From contig CAKPSX010000003.1 in the NCBI GenBank assembly GCA_934184665.1, positions 7,806-71,805 on the forward strand: DNA of 64,000 bases, in the 5' to 3' direction. The DNA comes from an uncultured Clostridia bacterium (lineage in GTDB: Bacteria > Bacillota > Clostridia > TANB77 > CAG-508). Positions 59,198 through 64,000 of the stretch are shown piece by piece; positions within the stretch are counted from its first letter, which is position 1, and every line of letters starts with the position of its first letter. Below the pieces are notes generated by a model. That model made no database searches, was not told where the DNA came from, and saw nothing but the letters and a program-made list of their open reading frames with translations. The position numbers were made by a program, and so were the translations under genes.

Positions 59198-59254
59198 TTT
59201 ATTCCTCCTCTTTGTTGCGAAATAATTGCAATTTTGGGCTGTGTCAGATTTCAT

Positions 59255-59298
59255 TTAAAACGCGGTTACATACACCACGTATGTGCCCTTGCCTTTTA
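59255..59298 (-). repeat. conserved intergenic hairpin motif, copy 2 (ppaC 5' leader)
   Basis: The minus strand reads TAAAAGGCAAGGGCACATACGTGGTGTATGTAACCGCGTTTTAA. It contains a 6-bp stem ACATAC/GTATGT and lies about 60-100 nt upstream of the ppaC start. Confidence 0.6.
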
Positions 59299-59348
59299 AA
59301 TAAAATCTTCCTTTCCAAAATTTAATTCTTTCACAACATTTATTTCCT

Positions 59349-60233
59349 TTATATATTTCTATTATATATTTCTTTTAACTCTTCTTTATTAAAATGATAT
59401 TCTTTATTACAGAATTGACATTTTATTTCAGCTTGTTCATCTTCTTCTATTAATTCTTTTAATTGGTCTTTTCCTAATGTTACTAAACTATCTGCAAATT
59501 TTTCTTTACTACATTCACATTCATATACAGGTACTTTTGATGCATCAATAACCTTTACCTTTTTATCTCCTGTAATTTTCTCTGCAATTTCCTTTAATGT
59601 TAATTTTTCAACCAACATTCTTGACATTGCACCAGCTTGGAATATTGCTTTTTCTATTTTTGAGATTTCCTCTTCTGTTGCATCAGGCATTGCAGATATT
59701 ATATAACCTCCACTAGCTCTTACTCCATTTTTATCAACTAATACTCCTAATGCTACAGCTGTTTGTCTTTGCTCTGACGTTTGAAAATAGTTTGCAAAAT
59801 CATCTGCAATCTCTCCAGATGTTAATGGACTAACACCAATATATGGCTCTTTTAATCCAATATCTTTTATAACATTTATAAATCCTTGATTTCCTACTGC
59901 TGCACCTACATCTAATTTACCGAATTCGTTTAATGGTATATCAACTATCGGATTTGTTAAACATGCTTTTACATGTGGATAATTATCTGATACAGCAACC
60001 ATTTTTCCTATTGGTCCATTGCCTTTTATTTGTATTGTTAATTTATCTGTTTCATTTTTCATCTCTGAACCTATTAGTGCTGTTATTGTCAACACTCTAC
60101 CTAGTGCTGCTGTTACAACAGGACTTAAGTCATGTACTTTTCTGGCTTCTTCAACCATGTTTGTTGTTGATGCACATATCACAGATATTTTACCATCATA
60201 TGCTAAAAATCTAATTATTTGGTCTTTTTCCAT
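59349..60233 (-). CDS. hslO: redox-regulated chaperone Hsp33
   Basis: 294 aa with the C-terminal zinc centre CECS...CQFC. Confidence 0.92.
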   Translation of the reverse strand: MEKDQIIRFLAYDGKISVICASTTNMVEEARKVHDLSPVVTAALGRVLTITALIGSEMKNETDKLTIQIKGNGPIGKMVAVSDNYPHVKACLTNPIVDIPLNEFGKLDVGAAVGNQGFINVIKDIGLKEPYIGVSPLTSGEIADDFANYFQTSEQRQTAVALGVLVDKNGVRASGGYIISAMPDATEEEISKIEKAIFQAGAMSRMLVEKLTLKEIAEKITGDKKVKVIDASKVPVYECECSKEKFADSLVTLGKDQLKELIEEDEQAEIKCQFCNKEYHFNKEELKEIYNRNI

Positions 60234-60235
60234 GT

Positions 60236-61345
60236 TTAGTCTTTCTTCCTTTCATCTATTAACCTTGGTCTACTTTCTTTTTCTTTAATAAAGTTCCTGT
60301 AGCCCATTGCTACAGCTGCAATTATCATTAATAAGAACGATAATGCTTTCCATATTCCACTATCAAATAATATTATTGCAAACATTCCCAATGATGCACT
60401 TAATCCATATAATATTAACACTGCTTGTCTTTGTGTAAAGCCTTTCTCTACTAATCTATGATGTAAATGACCTTTATCTGGTTTAAACACAGCTTTTATT
60501 GATTTACCTTTTGCAAGTCTTCTTATTATTGCAAATAATACATCAAATATTGGAAATCCTAATACTATTACTGGTAATACTATTACAGCTAATGTATATG
60601 TTTTTGCTACACCTAAAATTGAGACAACGGCGAGCATAAATCCTAAAAAATTCGAACCTGCATCTCCTATAAATGTCCTTGCTGGTGAAAAATTATATGG
60701 TAAAAATCCTACAAGCGCACCACTCATCGCTGTAACAATTACTGTTGCTATAATTGGTGAATCATTTAATATAAATATTATTAATAATGATACACATGAT
60801 ATTAATGATATACCTGATGACAAACCATCAAGTCCATCTATTAAATTAATCGCATTTGTTATACCTATTATCCACAATACAGTAATAAATTGTGAAAAGA
60901 ACTCAGATAAACCGATTTTATATAAAAATGGTACTTCCAAATGTTCTATTTTTAAACCAAAATACACAACTATAATTGCCGCAATTGTTTGTCCTATCAA
61001 TTCTTGCCATGGTTTTAATGTTTTTATATCATCTATAATTCCTGTTATTGCAATTACCCCTATTCCGAGTAATATTCCTAACAGTTTCTTTCCATATTCT
61101 TGATCATTAAATAAATCTAAACTTCCTTCAATACTCATTATTATTATTAAGTATAGCATTGAGACTATAAAGCCTAGTATTACTGCTGGCCCCCCAAACT
61201 TTGGCATTCTTTTGGTATGCATTCTTCTTTTGTCTCTTGGTATGTCTACCGCACCTATTTTGTGTGCTATTTTTATAGTATATGGTGTTGCCATAAATGC
61301 TACTATAAATGCTAAAATAAATGCTATAGCTATATTTCCCCACAT
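60236..61345 (-). CDS. tagO: undecaprenyl-phosphate GlcNAc-1-phosphate transferase (TagO/WecA, MraY family)
   Basis: 369 aa, multi-TM, with motifs NLIDGLDGL and FIGDAGSNFLGF. Confidence 0.88.
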   Translation of the reverse strand: MWGNIAIAFILAFIVAFMATPYTIKIAHKIGAVDIPRDKRRMHTKRMPKFGGPAVILGFIVSMLYLIIIMSIEGSLDLFNDQEYGKKLLGILLGIGVIAITGIIDDIKTLKPWQELIGQTIAAIIVVYFGLKIEHLEVPFLYKIGLSEFFSQFITVLWIIGITNAINLIDGLDGLSSGISLISCVSLLIIFILNDSPIIATVIVTAMSGALVGFLPYNFSPARTFIGDAGSNFLGFMLAVVSILGVAKTYTLAVIVLPVIVLGFPIFDVLFAIIRRLAKGKSIKAVFKPDKGHLHHRLVEKGFTQRQAVLILYGLSASLGMFAIILFDSGIWKALSFLLMIIAAVAMGYRNFIKEKESRPRLIDERKKD

Positions 61346-61361
61346 TTATATGCAACCCCCA

Positions 61362-61808
61362 TTATTTCATATTTTCTTTTTCTATTTCTTCTATTAGTTT
61401 TATTCTTTCTGCATGTCTGCCACCTTCAAATGGTGTTGCTATCCATGCTCTAACTACACATATTGCTGTGCTTGTTGTAATATAATCCGCTCCTAATGCA
61501 AGTATATTGCTGTCATTATGCATTTTTGAAAATTTTGCTTCTTCTTCATTCTCGCATTTTGCACATCTTATTCCTTTAAATTTATTTGCAACAATACTCA
61601 TTCCTATTCCTGAACGGCATATTAAAATTCCACTATTACATTCTTTGCTTTGTACTCTTTTTGCAACATCTTTTGCTATATCAGGATAGTCTACACTTTG
61701 TTCTGAATATGTTCCACAGTCTTTATATTCTATTTCTTTTTCGTCTAAATATTTTTTTATTTCTTCTTTTAGTTTATATCCTCCATGGTCACTACCTATA
61801 GCTATCAT
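61362..61808 (-). CDS. rpiB: ribose-5-phosphate isomerase B
   Basis: 148 aa with the motifs IAIGSDHGG and ICRSGIGMSI. Confidence 0.93.
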   Translation of the reverse strand: MIAIGSDHGGYKLKEEIKKYLDEKEIEYKDCGTYSEQSVDYPDIAKDVAKRVQSKECNSGILICRSGIGMSIVANKFKGIRCAKCENEEEAKFSKMHNDSNILALGADYITTSTAICVVRAWIATPFEGGRHAERIKLIEEIEKENMK

Positions 61809-62037
61809 ATTACCACATCCTTTTCTTCTTTTTGAATTTTACTTCTATAATATATCACAATATCATTTTAAGTGCAATATTTTTGGCTAAAATAGATGTA
61901 TTGCGCTTTTTATCGAGCGCAAACTATTTTATGTAAATTGTGTAAAAAATTTGTAAAACACCTATTGCCAAATGTTGACTTATATGTTATAATGATAGAC
62001 GTTATAGTTTATTTTACTAAGAGGAGGTGCATTATAC

Positions 62038-62304
62038 ATGCCAAATATTAAATCAGCAAAAAAGAGAGTTAAAATTATTGAAAAGAAAACATTAACAAAT
62101 AATATGATAAAAACTGGATATAAATCAGCTGTAAGAAAATTCGAAGAAGCTATTGCTGCTGGTAATATAGAAGAAGCTAAAGTTCTATGTTCTAAAGCTA
62201 CTAAAAAAATAGACCAAGCTTGCACAAAAGGTGTAATCGTTAAAAATACAGCTTCAAGAAAAAAATCTAGCTTATCTAAGAAATTAAATGCTGCTATGGC
62301 ATAA
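62038..62304 (+). CDS. rpsT: 30S ribosomal protein S20
   Basis: 88 aa beginning MPNIKSAKKRVK. It is preceded by TTGCCA-17-TATAAT and AGGAGG. Confidence 0.95.
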   Translation: MPNIKSAKKRVKIIEKKTLTNNMIKTGYKSAVRKFEEAIAAGNIEEAKVLCSKATKKIDQACTKGVIVKNTASRKKSSLSKKLNAAMA

Positions 62305-62310
62305 TTGTAA

Positions 62311-62347
62311 CCCCCTAGACTCATCCTATACTGGATTGTCTAGGGGG
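62311..62347 (+). terminator. rpsT terminator
   Basis: CCCCCTAGAC ... GTCTAGGGGG 10-bp stem followed by a T-rich tail. Confidence 0.75.
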
Positions 62348-62404
62348 TATTATATTATAAAAAGCCATTAATTTACACATTATCCTTTTCTGGTTTTATT
62401 TCGT

Positions 62405-62620
62405 TTAGTTTATTTCTTCATATTCTATTCTGTCTTTTATTACTACTACTGAATAACTCTTTAGTTTGGGTAGCATTTTTATTTCTTCTGCGTTTCTGTA
62501 CTTTTGTAGCTGTTCTTTTGCTTGCTCTTGTTTTTGCTTTAGCAGGCTATTGTCTTTTACATAATCTTCTTGTTTTATATATTTGAATTCTATTAATATG
62601 CTATATCTTTCTTTTATCAT
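62405..62620 (-). pseudogene. C-terminal fragment of a PD-(D/E)XK (DUF1703-type) nuclease-domain protein
   Basis: The 71-aa piece, with ILIEFKY (E-x-K) and a QLQKY tail, resembles the C-terminus of proteins that pair an AAA-ATPase-like domain with a PD-(D/E)XK domain. The N-terminal 400+ aa are absent. Confidence 0.5.
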
Positions 62621-62687
62621 TGTTGAAAATACATATCCATCATAGCATGAATAATTTTGGGAATTGTAGAATAAAATAAATAAGGTA

Positions 62688-62716
62688 TTGACTATGATAC
62701 TTAAAAGTATTATAAT
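62688..62716 (+). promoter_or_regulatory. consensus sigma-A promoter of the candidate antitoxin sRNA
   Basis: TTGACT-17 nt-TATAAT. Confidence 0.65.
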
Positions 62717-62722
62717 TAATAT

Positions 62723-62801
62723 AGCTTAAGCTAGTAATTTAAGAAATTCATTTGTGTAGATTCACAAAAAATCCCTAGAGTGCAAGTCTAGGGATTTTTT
62801 T
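62723..62801 (+). ncRNA. candidate type I antitoxin sRNA (about 80 nt)
   Basis: It runs from the consensus promoter to the terminator ATCCCTAGAG-tgcaa-GTCTAGGGAT plus a T-run. It carries AGTAATTTAAGAA...CATTTGT, a direct repeat of 62851-62877, and is therefore complementary to the toxin start region. Confidence 0.5.
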
Positions 62802-62804
62802 CGT

Positions 62805-62873
62805 CTAATCATTAAATTCTTTTAATATATTAAGAATAATGATTAATGCAAGTAATTTAAGAATTTTTTTCAT
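62805..62873 (-). CDS. candidate type I toxin, a 22-aa hydrophobic peptide
   Basis: MKKILKLLALIIILNILKEFND. SD GAAAGGTGGTG lies 9 nt upstream, a 5' UTR CCTTTC segment can pair with the SD, and the ORF ends at the shared bidirectional terminator. Confidence 0.5.
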   Translation of the reverse strand: MKKILKLLALIIILNILKEFND

Positions 62874-62919
62874 TTGTACCAATTCACCACCTTTCTACCT
62901 TTAAGCGAAAGGCTTTTTT

Positions 62920-62948
62920 ATTATAAGGTATTTTACTATAATTGTCTA
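62920..62948 (-). promoter_or_regulatory. promoter of the candidate toxin mRNA
   Basis: On the minus strand, TAGACA-17 nt-TATAAT. Confidence 0.55.
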
Positions 62949-63126
62949 GCGATTTTTATAAAAGGACAAATAAAGAAACATAACCAAATTATTTACTTAT
63001 TTTCAATGTTTATATGATTTTTTAGAAATAACTCATATAATCGTTCAATAAAACACGTATTGAAAACTCAAACTAGTTCCTATATAATTAGGATAATTCA
63101 AGATTTCAATACGTGCTTTTATTAAC

Positions 63127-63432
63127 TTATCCAACTCTTAGTAAACCTCCCACCTTTAATAACATTTGTGAAAAGCGATTTTCTTTTTCATCTAAATCTA
63201 TCAAATCAAATTCATTCTCTAATTCAAACATTAGTATGCTTGCGACCTTATAAAAATTCTTTTGATTTAGTCCTTTTACCGCAATATCTATATCTGAATT
63301 TTTATTAAATTTTCCGTTTGCAATAGAGCCAAAAATAAATACTTCTGTTGCTCCATTTTCTTTTAAGATTCGAGTTGCTTTCTTTATATCTTCTTGATAT
63401 GAATATGGTAAATCACCTAGTTTATCAACCAT
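63127..63432 (-). CDS. MntA-like minimal nucleotidyltransferase with no HepT partner
   Basis: The start is set at MVDKLGDL, after AAAGGAGG. The NTase motif is FGSIANGKFNKNSDIDIAV. A long imperfect hairpin (63053-63120) follows immediately. Confidence 0.75.
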   Translation of the reverse strand: MVDKLGDLPYSYQEDIKKATRILKENGATEVFIFGSIANGKFNKNSDIDIAVKGLNQKNFYKVASILMFELENEFDLIDLDEKENRFSQMLLKVGGLLRVG

Positions 63433-63561
63433 TTGTGTGCCTCCTTTAATCTTAGTATACACATATTTTTATAAAAAATAAATGAATTTTAGGTATTTTT
63501 ATGAATTTAATAGGTGAAGGTGTTGGGCTATTTGATGAATAAGGTGCAGCGTAACCCGATG

Positions 63562-64000
63562 CTATCGTATCTGTAGTAAGGACCGTGGTAGAATGCCACG
63601 GAATGCCACTGAACCGTTGTCGCCATTGCCATCACGAACGAACCTATTGTAGCCGATACCTGAACTATCAGATTCTAGTGTCCAATCTTTTACATTACCT
63701 GCTAAATCGAAAACATTGTTCGCATTTGCTCCTTCATATGCTCCACTTGGGATTCTTGTTCTAGTTCCTGATGCCTTTGTTGCTGTGCTCTTTGATGTGT
63801 TTGTATAATATGTGAAACTACATTTATAATAATTTCCCCAACTTGTTGAATCTGAGGCTATCTCTGCATATGTCTTCTCTCCTGTGTCTATTAGCCACTT
63901 TAATGTTTCATCGAACTGTATTCCCCATATCATCTGCACTCCTGCACTTGTTCCTGATAACTTTCTCGCTTTTTTCCACATTGTATACCAAGTTTGATAT
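63562..64000 (-). CDS. partial GC-rich ORF, possibly an FGE/SUMF1-like domain, running off the window
   Basis: The frame is open to the window edge. GNVKDWT resembles the GNVWEWT motif. A hand count gives 31/60 G+C at 63541-63600. The last roughly 25 codons may be frameshifted, because the alternative frame reads ...YDSIGLRC. Confidence 0.4.
   Translation of the reverse strand, partial: YQTWYTMWKKARKLSGTSAGVQMIWGIQFDETLKWLIDTGEKTYAEIASDSTSWGNYYKCSFTYYTNTSKSTATKASGTRTRIPSGAYEGANANNVFDLAGNVKDWTLESDSSGIGYNRFVRDGNGDNGSVAFRGILPRSLLQIR

Noticed and set aside
61980-62324. A 114-aa minus-strand ORF overlapping rpsT, and a 75-aa ORF at 61128-61355 overlapping tagO.
   Set aside because: Both are shadow ORFs of confidently identified genes, have hydrophobic low-complexity products and lack an RBS.
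63000-63126. A HepT toxin partner downstream of the MntA-like gene.
   Set aside because: No ORF of suitable size is present. The region is a long imperfect hairpin (CACGTATTGAAA ... TTTCAATACGTG) followed by non-coding AT-rich DNA.
1-64000. CRISPR arrays, rRNA genes, IS elements and group II introns.
   Set aside because: No regularly spaced direct repeats, rRNA-like sequence, transposase or reverse-transcriptase ORFs, or long terminal inverted repeats were seen on either strand.

Overview
This window is an AT-rich chromosomal segment of an endospore-forming Firmicute of the class Clostridia. Hand counts give about 13/60 G+C in a murA stretch. Most genes lie on the minus strand and are housekeeping. 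They cover DNA repair and competence (recN, uvrA, yraN, dprA, comM, uvrC, comEC), the division and sporulation cluster (murA, ftsQ, two DUF881 genes, sbp, ftsA, ftsZ, spoIIGA, sigE), gatCAB, ybeY, yqfC/yqfD, glmS, clpE, ppaC, hslO, rpiB and rpsT, plus two tRNAs. Five things stand out.

1. At about 45.36-47.32 kb, two ORFs of unknown function and clearly foreign composition (hand counts 25-28/60 G+C) bracket an atypical tRNA-Gly(UCC). Each ORF has its own promoter and terminator, and the two promoters are near-duplicates. This is my best candidate for an undescribed module. I cannot assign either protein to a family.
2. At 62.69-62.95 kb there is a compact convergent pair with type I toxin-antitoxin architecture. 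It consists of a 22-aa hydrophobic peptide gene, a roughly 80-nt sRNA, a shared bidirectional terminator, and a direct repeat that makes the sRNA complementary to the toxin start-codon region.
3. A complete agr-type quorum-sensing locus is present, including an untracked 39-aa AgrD and 21-bp-spaced direct repeats upstream of agrB.
4. A conserved intergenic motif of about 45 nt occurs twice, once between gatA and gatB and once in the ppaC leader.
5. Three frame or start lesions affect sporulation and competence genes. The spoIIGA start and the yqfD 3' end both sit in A-runs; the comEC lesion lies mid-gene and is not in a homopolymer.

Two further GC-rich patches (1967-2317 and 63540-64000) suggest scattered horizontally acquired genes. 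No CRISPR array, transposase, integrase or rRNA was seen.
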